Source: Coraliomargarita sp.
GTDB taxonomy: Bacteria > Verrucomicrobiota > Verrucomicrobiia > Opitutales > Coraliomargaritaceae
Direction of reading: 5' to 3'
Length of the DNA: 64,000 nucleotides
NCBI GenBank assembly: GCA_965216325.1
Contig: OZ244160.1
Coordinates: 1,984,001 to 2,048,000 of the forward strand
Part shown: piece by piece, positions 54,902-64,000 of the stretch
How positions within the stretch are numbered: the first letter of the stretch is position 1
Layout: each line of letters opens with the position of its first letter
Program-made: the position numbers and the translations under genes
Notes under the pieces: generated by a model
The model's input: the letters and a program-made list of their open reading frames with translations, nothing else
Told to the model about the DNA's origin: nothing
The model's database searches: none

Positions 54902-56281
54902 TTACTTATTGCGTGAGAGGCTGTTGATCAGTGCGACTGAGAGCTTCTCGATGTGGGCCATGACACCGGCTACTTTACGTGCGAGCAGGGCGTGGATGAC
55001 CAGCGCTGGAATCGCGAGGACCAGGCCAAGCTCGGTGGTGATCAGCGCTTCGGAGATGCCGGATATCAACGGCTTTGGGTCGCCTGCGCCAAAGACGCGC
55101 ATGAGGTTGAAGGTCTTGATGATGCCGGTCACGGTTCCGAGCAGGCCGAGTAGTGGTGCTACCGATGCGGTGACCGCGATGACGTTGAGGTAGCGCTCAA
55201 GCTTGGGCTGCGTGCTGAGCATTGACTCATACATTGCTTCTTCAACCAATGCGACGGACTCTTCGCTGTGTTCGACGGCCTGCACCAGCATGTCGCGCGC
55301 TGGGTTTGGCTGGGCTTGAGCGAGCTTCAATGCTTCGGCTTGTTTGCCCTCACGTAGCAGCTTCACGATATCGTGCACGGTGTTGGGCGCTGGCTGGCGA
55401 ATTGTCATAATCTGAGCGAACTTCAGTAGTGCAACGATGGTCGCCACCAGTGCAAAGGCGATGATTGGATAGACCCAGATGCCGCCCTTTTTGAGGTGGT
55501 CGAGCAAGCTGTCCTTGGTTGCTTGGATCGCCAAGGCGTTGCCGAGGCTGAGGTCCATCGGCAGCTCGCCGCTGCCGGCTTGCGCGATGCTCGCAATCTG
55601 TGAATCGGACTTTGTATCGATGGGATGGATACGTGCCTGAAAGGCTTTGGTTTCTTCAATGATGCCGGATTCGTCGCCGCTGAAGTAAAGCAGTGGTCCA
55701 AGTTGGAGGAACTGTCCTTGAGTGATGCGACCCTCGGAGTTGAGTGCTTCGCCTGCGTAGCGTTTGCCGCCGAGCACACCACTGAGACGGTCGATGGAGC
55801 CGTTGATTAATGCGAGTGAGGCGTCGAGTCGCTCAATGCGAGTGGATTCCGGATTTTCGAGCAGCAGATTGAGTTCACGAATCTCTTGGCCGTAGCTTGG
55901 TAATTCACCGACTGAGAGGCTACTTTCGTAGCTGGCGTTGAATTCGCTCAGCAGGGAGCGGGTGACGTAGCCGTATTCCTGGCGCAGGGCTTCGACGTTG
56001 GTGCGCAGGCTTTCGAGGTCGAGGCTGCGGCTGTCGTCGGCTTTGCGGGCTTCGTCGAGTTCGCCGCGCAGTTCCTTGGCCTCAGTTTCCAGCTCGCGCA
56101 GTTCCTTGGCCATCGGGATCTGCTCGTTCTTGATTTGCTCGCGTTGCGCGGTGAGGCGGCGCACGGCGTCGTCCAGTTTGGCTTGCTGCTCGGCCTGCAG
56201 TTGAGCGAGGTCTTGGGCTGCGAGTTGGCTGCAGCTTGCGATGGCACTGAGGCCGAAAAGAATGAATGCGTTCAGTTTCAT
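54902..56281 (-). CDS. Long MotA/TolQ/ExbB family protein (TtpC-like)
   Basis: Coiled-coil N-terminus plus [12 protein letters not shown] and [13 protein letters not shown] motifs. Confidence 0.88.
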   Translation of the reverse strand: MKLNAFILFGLSAIASCSQLAAQDLAQLQAEQQAKLDDAVRRLTAQREQIKNEQIPMAKELRELETEAKELRGELDEARKADDSRSLDLESLRTNVEALRQEYGYVTRSLLSEFNASYESSLSVGELPSYGQEIRELNLLLENPESTRIERLDASLALINGSIDRLSGVLGGKRYAGEALNSEGRITQGQFLQLGPLLYFSGDESGIIEETKAFQARIHPIDTKSDSQIASIAQAGSGELPMDLSLGNALAIQATKDSLLDHLKKGGIWVYPIIAFALVATIVALLKFAQIMTIRQPAPNTVHDIVKLLREGKQAEALKLAQAQPNPARDMLVQAVEHSEESVALVEEAMYESMLSTQPKLERYLNVIAVTASVAPLLGLLGTVTGIIKTFNLMRVFGAGDPKPLISGISEALITTELGLVLAIPALVIHALLARKVAGVMAHIEKLSVALINSLSRNK

Positions 56282-56287
56282 CGCGGC

Positions 56288-57058
56288 TTAGTTTTGAAAT
56301 TCGACAGGCAGGGCAATGAAACGCGCTTCCTGTGTTTGGTTGTTCGCGATGGCGATCACTTCGGCTATGCTTGTAGAGAGTTCGGGTTGTGACTCCCACT
56401 GCCAACCATCGGCTGCGGGCTGGCCGATGCCGGCATCGTCGCCTGAACGGGTGCGGTAGTACGCTGTGCCAAGCCCGATATAGACAGTCTCGACTTCGCC
56501 GGTGCTGCCGTCACCGAGGGTCCGGAGCTCCTCGTGAACGGTGATCGTGCGGTCAAATTTGTTAATGGTGGAGAGCAGGCCGATGACTGTCTGCATGCGC
56601 TCGGCAATGCCGAGGCTAGTGGTGGTTGGGTCTTGCGGGATACGCTGGTAGAGCGGTGTCAGCTTATCCTGCAGCGGGGTGGGAAGCGCCGGCTTGAGTG
56701 CTTGAAGCTTGGGCTCAATCCCGTCGAGGAACGAGGCGATGCGCTGACGGCCCTGGTTCAGTTCTTCCTGTTCGGTGACCAACTCGGCGCGCACGGCGTC
56801 TGCTTCGGTCTGGGTGGCTTCGATGGTTTCGAGGGATTTATTGAGCGTATCGATCTCAGCCTGAGTCACAGCAATCAAATCGGTGAGTAGCGCTTGCTTC
56901 TCTTCCCATTGGATGGCTTCGCTGGAAATTGCTTTCTCGGTGGCGACCCATTCTTTGACGACAGTGCGGGTCGAGTTGAGTGCCTCCGAGGCCGTCGCAG
57001 GGATGAGCAGGCTCAGGCTGGCGAAGGCGTTGATGAAGATGTGTTTGTGTATGGCCAT
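56288..57058 (-). CDS. DUF3450 family protein
   Basis: Signal peptide, coiled coil, IGLGTAYY...GWQW...ALPV; typical position upstream of a long ExbB. Confidence 0.75.
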   Translation of the reverse strand: MAIHKHIFINAFASLSLLIPATASEALNSTRTVVKEWVATEKAISSEAIQWEEKQALLTDLIAVTQAEIDTLNKSLETIEATQTEADAVRAELVTEQEELNQGRQRIASFLDGIEPKLQALKPALPTPLQDKLTPLYQRIPQDPTTTSLGIAERMQTVIGLLSTINKFDRTITVHEELRTLGDGSTGEVETVYIGLGTAYYRTRSGDDAGIGQPAADGWQWESQPELSTSIAEVIAIANNQTQEARFIALPVEFQN

Positions 57059-57354
57059 AGCGGGCGGTGTAAATGGATGCGCGATCTCATAGATGGATCC
57101 GTTAGGAATCAAGCCTATGGAGCGGTGCTTCGCGTAAAGTCGTTAAGTGTAAGTGTGTTCTGAGCTAGCTTAGCACAACGTGAGCCTCATTTCTGGCCAC
57201 AGGCGGAGAAAAATAGACGGATTGGAAATTTGGACCAGAGGTTGGTAGGTGCTTCACTTGTGGATGCACTTTTGATTTGTTGTGACGCACAAGTGCGCAC
57301 GCTACTCTTAATCCCTCGTCGATGGATAGATTAGGAGTATGATTAAGAGTAAGA

Positions 57355-57894
57355 TTAAGAAGAGCCTTCCGGTTCAAGATGGGCGATTGCCGCTTGCAGC
57401 ACCTCGTCGGCTGGTCCGGTTGCTGTGATGGCTGTGAGGCTGTTATCTTTGAGTTGGAAGGCTTGAAATTGTGGGATTCCGCCTTCGACTTTGATTTGCC
57501 ATGCGGCTTTTTCGGCTGCGGCCGGGCCGATTGCTGGCCAAGGATAGTCCGTTTTGCGCAAGTGTTCGGCACGACCGCTGACACCTTGATTCATGCTGTA
57601 GGTGACGAACTCGATCTCAGGATGGTCTTTGCGAAGGCTGGGATAAGCCTTTTTTAGTGGTTTGGCGATCTGTTTGCAGTAGACGCACCAGGATGCGGAA
57701 TAGAAGAAGATGACGATCTGGGTCTCCTCGCTGAAACTGCTTTGGCTTAACTGGTAACCGTTCACGGTGTAGAGTTGCTTCTCGTTGTCTGGACGTGGCA
57801 GTTCGAGTTGCACGTCGGCTTGTTTGGCAACAAGGCTGCTCGTTGTGAGTGCGAGGATGCTGACGAGCTGGAGGACTGCTTTGAGGGAGAGCAT
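57355..57894 (-). CDS. Exported thioredoxin-like protein
   Basis: YSASWCVYC (CxxC) and GIP motifs; signal peptide. Confidence 0.8.
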   Translation of the reverse strand: MLSLKAVLQLVSILALTTSSLVAKQADVQLELPRPDNEKQLYTVNGYQLSQSSFSEETQIVIFFYSASWCVYCKQIAKPLKKAYPSLRKDHPEIEFVTYSMNQGVSGRAEHLRKTDYPWPAIGPAAAEKAAWQIKVEGGIPQFQAFQLKDNSLTAITATGPADEVLQAAIAHLEPEGSS

Positions 57895-57910
57895 TGTTGG
57901 TGCTGGTGAT

Positions 57911-57989
57911 GGTAGCGCAGGTCCGTCCTTGGACCGCATCCGGCATTAGACAATAGGGGAGGTGCGCCGCGAGACGCGGCTGCGCTACC
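57911..57989. repeat. REP doublet, family A
   Basis: Right arm identical to the RAYT-flanking GGTGCGCCGCGAGACGCGGCTGCGCTACC. Confidence 0.85.
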
Positions 57990-57995
57990 TTTGTT

Positions 57996-60137
57996 TTAAA
58001 AATCCACCTTTGCGCCGAGTGTATAGGTGCGCGGCATGCGTGGGCCGTAGACGTAAGTGACATCACGATCGGCACCGGTGTCAAAGTCGTCTTGGTATTC
58101 GTCAAAGACATTGTTGATCCCTGCGCGCAAGGTGAGGGCGATGTCGTTTTTAAACACGAAGGTCTTGCTCACGCCGATATCGAGCACGAAGAAGTCCTCG
58201 GAGTCGCGCAGCTCGCCTTCTTCGGCGTCGGCATCGGTGAAGCGCTGCACTTCCATCTCGCCGGTCCATTTCATTGCGGCGTAGAGGTCGATGAAGTCGG
58301 GGTTGGTGTAGTTGAGCGCGATGAGCCCCGACCAGTCCGGTGTCTTGTTATACTTGTCGGAGAACACGCCATTGCCGGCGAAGACTTCGACGTCCTCATC
58401 GAATCGGGCGCGGCTATACGCTAGGCCGGCGTTGAGGCTCCAGTCCGGGTGAAATTGCCAGGCAAGGTCCCATTCGGCGCCATACACAGTCGAGCCATCG
58501 GTATTGTAGCGCTCAAAGATATCGCGACCGCTGGAGTCGGTGGTGCCGGTGTCGCGGGTGTCGAAGGAGTCTTCGAGTATGGTGTAGTAGACCTGAAGCG
58601 AGGTGATCAGCTTACGCTCGAGCGCTGCAGGCGTGAAGTCGGAACCGAAGGCCACCGTGTAGGAGCGCTCCTCTTCCAGGTTGTCGGCGTTGACGATGGT
58701 CTGGCGCTCGCCGTTGGCGACGGTGATGTGGAGGTCTTCGTCAAATACACGTGGTGCAAGGAAGCCACTGGAGAGGTTGCCACGCAGGGTCCACTCATCG
58801 GTCGCGGTGTAGCGAGCCGCGATGCGTGGGGAGAAGACTGGATCGTCGAGCGTGCTGGCTTTGTCGTAGCGGAGACCGGGCACGATCTCGAGCTTTTCGG
58901 TGAGCATCCACTGGTCCTGCACGTAGAGGCCGAAGTTATCGAACTGGCTGTCGTTGATCTCGGTGATGAAGTCGCCTTCAAAGTTCACGTTATCCTCCTC
59001 GATGTCTTCGTCTTCGTATTGCAGGCCCCAGGTCAGCACATGTGTGCCGGCCCAAGCTTCGCCGAGGTCGTAGTTGAACTGCGCATCGATGTAGTAGGTG
59101 AAGCTTTCCAGCTCACCGTAAAAATTGCGCGGGTCGTCAGGGTTGCTTGGATCGTAGACGGGCGGGAGTGGATCGCCGAAGTTGCCCCCGTAGTAACTGT
59201 CACGCTCGAAGGTGACCAGCGAGGTGGAGAGCGCGAAGTCGAACTCCTCCGTGATGCGTTGCTCCAGACGGATCGTGGACCAGTGGTAGTCGGTATCGAG
59301 GGATTCGGCCAGTTGCGCCTCGTATTCGGGCTTGTTGAGCTGGTCACCGCCGCGGCGCTCTTCGTCGATGAATTGATAGTTGAAGCGCAGGCGGGTGTGC
59401 TCACTGAGATCATACCAGAGGTAAGTGCCGACCACGAAGTTCTCGCGCTCGACCAGTTCGCTAAAGCCATCGCCATCCGCATCGTAGGCATCCTGATCGG
59501 CGTATTGCCCGTAGACGCTGAACTTCAGTTTGCTGTCCTCGGGCACCACATAGCCAGCAAACTGTGCGGTGTAGGCATCGCTGCCATCGATATCGAAATA
59601 GTCGAAGGTGCTGTGTGCGTGCGTTTCAAAAGGCTCTTCGGGGATCAAGTTGATCACTCCGGCAACGGCGCCCGGGCCATAGAGTGCGGAGCTGCCGCCT
59701 TTGACGACCTCGATACGATCAACGAAGATGGTGGGCACTTGATCAATGCCATAGACCGCGGCTGCGCCAGTGAAGAGCGGCTGGCCATCGATGAGGATCT
59801 GGTTGTATTTGCCGGGGAGGCCCAAGAGTTGGATCTCAGCGGTGCCACAGTTTTGGCAGTTGTTTTCCGATCGTGCGCCGTTCAGTAGTTCGATGGCTTG
59901 GCCCAAGTCATACTTGGCTGCCACCTCGAAGTCGTCCCCGCCCAGAAGCTCGGTCTTGATCGGCACATCAGTGATCAAGCGCTCGGTGCGGGTGGCAGTG
60001 GACACTACAGTGAATTCCTCGAGTTGGTAGACTGATTCGTTGTCGGTGCTTGCTCCTGGAATGTGGTCGGCAGTCTGCGCGGCTAAAGTTGAGCAGATCA
60101 GCAGTGCAGTCCAGTGGTAGTTGTGAGAGAGAGTCAT
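57996..60137 (-). CDS. TonB-dependent receptor
   Basis: TonB-box-like FTVVSTATRT, plug segment IEVVKGGSSALYG, NVFD, C-terminal KVDF. Confidence 0.93.
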   Translation of the reverse strand: MTLSHNYHWTALLICSTLAAQTADHIPGASTDNESVYQLEEFTVVSTATRTERLITDVPIKTELLGGDDFEVAAKYDLGQAIELLNGARSENNCQNCGTAEIQLLGLPGKYNQILIDGQPLFTGAAAVYGIDQVPTIFVDRIEVVKGGSSALYGPGAVAGVINLIPEEPFETHAHSTFDYFDIDGSDAYTAQFAGYVVPEDSKLKFSVYGQYADQDAYDADGDGFSELVERENFVVGTYLWYDLSEHTRLRFNYQFIDEERRGGDQLNKPEYEAQLAESLDTDYHWSTIRLEQRITEEFDFALSTSLVTFERDSYYGGNFGDPLPPVYDPSNPDDPRNFYGELESFTYYIDAQFNYDLGEAWAGTHVLTWGLQYEDEDIEEDNVNFEGDFITEINDSQFDNFGLYVQDQWMLTEKLEIVPGLRYDKASTLDDPVFSPRIAARYTATDEWTLRGNLSSGFLAPRVFDEDLHITVANGERQTIVNADNLEEERSYTVAFGSDFTPAALERKLITSLQVYYTILEDSFDTRDTGTTDSSGRDIFERYNTDGSTVYGAEWDLAWQFHPDWSLNAGLAYSRARFDEDVEVFAGNGVFSDKYNKTPDWSGLIALNYTNPDFIDLYAAMKWTGEMEVQRFTDADAEEGELRDSEDFFVLDIGVSKTFVFKNDIALTLRAGINNVFDEYQDDFDTGADRDVTYVYGPRMPRTYTLGAKVDF

Positions 60138-60237
60138 CGGATAATTTAGCTATTTGAAATTTATAACTTTGAATGCTCAAAATCATAAATTTGAGGCTAG
60201 GCAAGTGTTTTTCTAGCTAAGATCTGCACTGCAGATA

Positions 60238-60337
60238 CAAAAACACCTGAGCAGGCGAACCCACTCAGGCTATTTTTTTGATTGAACACACTTTGTAAGA
60301 ACAATTGCGATCAGTGGTCGCACCGTTGAGCTTACGA
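60238..60337 (-). ncRNA. Candidate small RNA or structured leader
   Basis: Extended -10 (TGcTAGTAT), a 5' hairpin and a UUCG-capped terminator, all oriented on the minus strand. Confidence 0.4.
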
Positions 60338-60718
60338 TGGATATACTAGCAAAATGGGCGCTCGAATTTCTACTCAATGCGGGAGAAAAAATAACCCGAT
60401 TTGGAAATCGGGGTGCGGTCCAGCGTTGTCCTGAGATGAATGGGCACTAAGGTGCCATATTTAGGAGATTATTCTTAATCTGACTCCTAATCTTATACCA
60501 ACTTCGTAAAGGTTTGGCATCGTTGACTCGATTCAGGGATTTAGCAGGACAGGAATGTCCTGCCTCCTGTATCAAACATTTCTTTTAACGGGGGACGGAC
60601 ATTCCTGTCCGTCTTTCAGGTCATGCTATATTCAAACTATTATTAATCCTTTTCCGTTGGCTCTGGAGGATTAAGATTAAGAGTAAGAGCTGAAACCGCC
60701 TGAAGGCGGGACCCCAAC

Positions 60719-61693
60719 CTACCCCAGGCGCTGAATGCACTGATACGCCTTCGGGAGTAGTCCGTGGCGATCTTTGAAGGCGCGGGCAAAGTGGCTGGCA
60801 TTGGAATAGCCGACTTCGTTGGCGACTTGAATGACACTGAGGCGGTCTTCTTTCAAAAGGCTGGCGGCGTGGTCCATGCGCACTTCTCGTAGGTAACTGA
60901 AGGCGGTTTTGCCGTGGATACTTTTGAAGGCGGACTTGAGTTTATGCTCATTGATGCCACCCAGCACGCAGAGGTCGTCGATTGAGTATTCCTGACCCGG
61001 TTCGCGGTGGATCTGCTGGGTAATTGTGTCGATTGCGTCGTGGTCGTCGGCGTTGAGTGCACGCTTATTCGAGTTGGCACTGCCTTTTGACTGAATCAGC
61101 ACTTCGGCCATCCATGACAGCACGTTTGCTTCGAGTTGCAGGCGGTGACGAATGCCATCGATTTCTGAATCCGCGATCCGTTTAGAGGCATTGAATGCGG
61201 TGGAATTCATTTGCCCGCTGCTGAATGGGATCGGCTCGCCGCTACTGGCGAATTGTTCGAGACTCGCATGCGCATTATCGGGATCGAGGTTTAGCAAAAA
61301 TCCGGTGAGTGCGGGCGAGCAGAGGAAGATGTCGATTTGGGCACCCTCATCAGCTGTGCGGTCGAGGCAGAATTGTTCGGCTGAGGCGCGAAACCATTGG
61401 CCGGGCTCTAACTTTTCGACGTTGTCCGCTCCGAGTTCGGATTTTGCCCAACCACTATTGATATAGCCCAGCATCAGGCGCGGTTCGCCGAATTGAATGG
61501 CAATCGGGATGGGGCTGTTGATGGACAAGCTGATGCGCAGGTAATCGAGGCCGTCTTTAATGGGCACGCACTTAGCCTGAAAGCGACCATGGTCATCTTT
61601 CCATTCGAGTGTGCGAGCTGGGTGGAAGGGGCAGGCTGGATCCCAGTTGCCCGCGCCCTTGTGCAGCTCAATGCCTGTTGCTGTGCGCTTCAA
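60719..61693 (-). CDS. AraC family transcriptional regulator
   Basis: C-terminal double HTH: KLKSAFK..HG.T and VANEVGYSNASHFARAFK. Confidence 0.92.
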   Translation of the reverse strand: MKRTATGIELHKGAGNWDPACPFHPARTLEWKDDHGRFQAKCVPIKDGLDYLRISLSINSPIPIAIQFGEPRLMLGYINSGWAKSELGADNVEKLEPGQWFRASAEQFCLDRTADEGAQIDIFLCSPALTGFLLNLDPDNAHASLEQFASSGEPIPFSSGQMNSTAFNASKRIADSEIDGIRHRLQLEANVLSWMAEVLIQSKGSANSNKRALNADDHDAIDTITQQIHREPGQEYSIDDLCVLGGINEHKLKSAFKSIHGKTAFSYLREVRMDHAASLLKEDRLSVIQVANEVGYSNASHFARAFKDRHGLLPKAYQCIQRLG

Positions 61694-61698
61694 TCTTG

Positions 61699-61715
61699 TT
61701 GAGACTCAGTATCAA
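61699..61715. promoter_or_regulatory. Fur-like 7-1-7 inverted repeat
   Basis: TTGAGACTCAGTATCAA just upstream of the AraC start; similar boxes at 63490-63660. Confidence 0.5.
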
Positions 61716-61885
61716 AAGTTGCAATTGGCAAGCTTATTTGGTGGCGATGTGGGCTGTGGGATCAAGGCCAGTGCTCATAATCCACTCCGGTAGGCATTCA
61801 TATCATTGCTGAGATGATGATTAAGATTAGGAGTAGGATTAAGATTGGAAGTTGCTGTGGTGAGTAGTTCCACTACCAACAAGTG

Positions 61886-62281
61886 ATGCAAAAACAACAA
61901 GCCATCGTTTCGTGGATCATCTGGTTCGGGATGCTGCAGTCCGCGTTTATCATCCACTTTGTGTTGGGTGGTGGTTTTCCGTCTGGTGAGAACGTCGCGG
62001 AGCCGATGGCTAGTTGGCTGTGGGTGTTGTGCTTCGCGCCGATTGTGGTGGCGACGGTGATTCGTTGGATCGTTATTCCGAAGATCCGTGAGCCGAAGAA
62101 GTTATTGGTCACCATGATCATCGGTTTGGCTTTATCTGAGAATCCAATTCTGTTCTCGCTGATACTGATTGGTAGCGACTATCCACAGAATCAAATCGCG
62201 GTGCTGATTGTTGCAGTGCTGAGCCTGATTCAGTTTGCGCCGAGCTACCTGACGCCAGGCTATGACTATGACAAAGGCTGA
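61886..62281 (+). CDS. Hypothetical membrane protein
   Basis: About 131 aa with four hydrophobic segments. Confidence 0.7.
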   Translation: MQKQQAIVSWIIWFGMLQSAFIIHFVLGGGFPSGENVAEPMASWLWVLCFAPIVVATVIRWIVIPKIREPKKLLVTMIIGLALSENPILFSLILIGSDYPQNQIAVLIVAVLSLIQFAPSYLTPGYDYDKG

Positions 62282-62460
62282 AGCTAGAGACACCCCAAAA
62301 TGATACCGTATGAATCGTTCATTAACGTAAAATGACGTTAATGAACGGGGTTTAAAGGATACGTCCTTGTCGGTCTTTTTTCCTCTTTCGGGTTAAAAAT
62401 GCTCCGAAACAGGGCAGAAATTCAGAGGCCGATTTTGGCAGACTGTGTGCGAACACTTTA

Positions 62461-63087
62461 ATGAGCACACTGATACAGGATTTTGCTGAGGCGAAATGGG
62501 CCCCTTTCCGTGAATGGAAGGCGGATCTTGATGCGCAGGCGACCGAAGCTCAGCGCTTCGAGCAGTGGGTTTTCCTGAACGCTTCGAGTGTGCTCTTGAG
62601 TGAAAAGACGGGTGAACTGCTCGCGCTGAATCTGGCGGAATTGGACATGACGCTTGAGTCGCTTGAGCCCGCACTCGAACGATTGGCGGGGCAGTGGGGT
62701 TTTCACTATCGTTTGCTGATCGAGAGCAATGGCATCCTGAAGTTCATTATTTATCAAGAGGACCGTCTCCAAGAGGTATTGGACTCGGCGCCGTATTGTG
62801 TGATGGGCGCTCAGCTACGCTACCGTTATCCATTGCAGCCGGGCTCGTTTATTGACGAGGTCAAGGAGCGCTGGGTCGGCAGTGGCTCGATCCCTCACGA
62901 AATCGGAGTCGCGCTTGGGTATCCATTGGACGATGTGTTTGGCTACATGGGCTTACTGCCGCTCTCCTGCAAGGGTGCCTGCGGATGGCAGGTGTATGGT
63001 TGCATGAAGGAGTCGCAGCGTCGTAGTTGCGCCTTCAATAATGCGCGTTGCCAGGCTTTGATGTTTTTGGCGGGCAGCGGCGTGTAG
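62461..63087 (+). CDS. DUF3793 family protein
   Basis: [17 protein letters not shown] and WQVYG motifs. Confidence 0.85.
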   Translation: MSTLIQDFAEAKWAPFREWKADLDAQATEAQRFEQWVFLNASSVLLSEKTGELLALNLAELDMTLESLEPALERLAGQWGFHYRLLIESNGILKFIIYQEDRLQEVLDSAPYCVMGAQLRYRYPLQPGSFIDEVKERWVGSGSIPHEIGVALGYPLDDVFGYMGLLPLSCKGACGWQVYGCMKESQRRSCAFNNARCQALMFLAGSGV

Positions 63088-63247
63088 CTTAGGCGTCTCG
63101 CCTGAGCCCCTTTGTCAGTTATGGAAGAACACAGGCGGGACGCCTGTGCTACCTCATGTGGTAACGTCAGAGCGTTGCCCTCCACACAAAAAATGCCGCG
63201 CTCCATAGAGGCGCAACGGCATGTAATTGGTATGAGCGTTGAGCGTG

Positions 63248-63439
63248 CTATTTCTGCACGATTGCATCTACTGGGCATTGTGGCACGCAGCGCACGGCAC
63301 CCATATTGGAGCAGCTGTTGCAGGCATCGTCGTCGATGATGTAGGTCTTTTCAGTTGCGTGAGCGCTCACGGCATTGCGTGGGCATACTGGGCGGCAGGC
63401 GTCGCACATGACGCAGAGGTCTGGTTTGATTGTAAACAT
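63248..63439 (-). CDS. 2[4Fe-4S] ferredoxin
   Basis: [12 protein letters not shown] and CNSC-x7-CVPQCP; terminator at about 63188-63222. Confidence 0.88.
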   Translation of the reverse strand: MFTIKPDLCVMCDACRPVCPRNAVSAHATEKTYIIDDDACNSCSNMGAVRCVPQCPVDAIVQK

Positions 63440-63717
63440 AGTCGTGATTTTTAAGTGTGTTCTCAAGAAGCTCGTTTAAAGGAGCTGACTCATACCAAGT
63501 CTCAGTAAGCGCATTTCGCAAGCGGGAGTCGCAGGTATTTGTAGTGTAAGTGGCATTTTATCAGTGTTTTATGCTCGATTAAGGTTATTGAGACTCATTA
63601 GCGCTCACGCGCGTGCGACTGAGGCTTCAAAGTGCCTTGAATGAGGTTCAGTCTCAATAAGAGGGGGGAAGGGTGAAGGCTGATGTTTGAGACCTGAAAC
63701 ATGAAAAGTTCTTTGAA

Positions 63718-63873
63718 GGTAGGGTCGCCTCGCCGAGGCGACCGTTCGGTAGTGGAATGAAATAGCCAGTCCACAATGCTTTATAAAACGCGGTCTGATC
63801 CTGCGAACGGCAGCCTCGGCTCTTCGATGGGCTCAGGGCGGTGAGCTTGTCGAATCCGCGAGGCTGCCCTACC
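63718..63873. repeat. REP doublet (GGTAGGG family) carrying a 37-nt insertion
   Basis: GGTAGGGTCGCCTCGCCGAGGCGACCG ... CGGCAGCCTCGGC[insert]GCGAGGCTGCCCTACC. Confidence 0.82.
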
Positions 63874-63882
63874 TGATCATTA

Positions 63883-64000
63883 CTACTCGTCTGCTGCTAG
63901 GACTTCCTCTGGGCGGAGGGTAATTGTTGCGAAGGCTTCGGTCAGTGTGGCTTTCGCCAATGCGTTGACTTCCTCCAGGGTGATCGACGCGTAGTCTGCG
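63883..64000 (-). CDS. C-terminus of a gene, possibly an M16 family peptidase
   Basis: ...ADYASITLEEVNALAKATL...LRPEEVLAADE then stop; ITLEEVNALAK resembles M16 peptidase C-termini. Confidence 0.55.
   Translation of the reverse strand, partial: ADYASITLEEVNALAKATLTEAFATITLRPEEVLAADE

Noticed and set aside
57165..57300. Possible integron attC-like site (CACGTTGTGC on the minus strand)
   Set aside because: Does not match GTTRRRY, has no clear inverse core, and no integrase gene is present.
58449..59888. 479-aa ORF antisense to the TonB-dependent receptor
   Set aside because: Entirely inside a well-supported gene on the opposite strand; no motif.
60138..60718. Cobalamin riboswitch upstream of the TonB-dependent receptor
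   Set aside because: I could not find the conserved B12-box or the GGGAA...ACTG core on the minus strand.
63877..63885. Three consecutive stop codons TAG TAA TGA
   Set aside because: Single instance; no evidence for readthrough or recoding.

Overview
Bacterial chromosomal window, probably Verrucomicrobiota (Opitutae/Coraliomargarita-like; inferred from gene content and repeat types, not from a database search). About 50 protein-coding genes were found; I recognised no rRNA, tRNA, CRISPR array or prophage. Content in order: a MoxR/GltS/RND/porin/phosphatase/sulfatase block (1-11.9 kb); carA; a vapBC toxin-antitoxin pair; M48 protease; two Kef-type antiporters; tail-specific protease; rhomboid; trkAH; an NfeD-FloA operon; a REP-associated tyrosine transposase (RAYT) framed by two 89-bp REP doublets; housekeeping genes (gmk, purB, PFK, pdxJ, nnr, dprA, rsmE); and a ~16 kb probable iron-acquisition region (ApbE/PepSY-TM/FMN-binding/porin module, TtpC-type TonB system, TonB-dependent receptor, AraC regulator, DUF3793, ferredoxin). 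The strongest unusual signal is intergenic. Many distinct GTAG-type REP families are present, and the same 37-nt hairpin element sits, with a GC duplication, at the hairpin apex of three different REP families. Other candidates: a head-plus-microsatellite dispersed repeat, a ~100-nt sRNA upstream of the TonB-dependent receptor, and a variant 7-1-7 Fur-like box. Gene calls rest on recognised motifs and context only.
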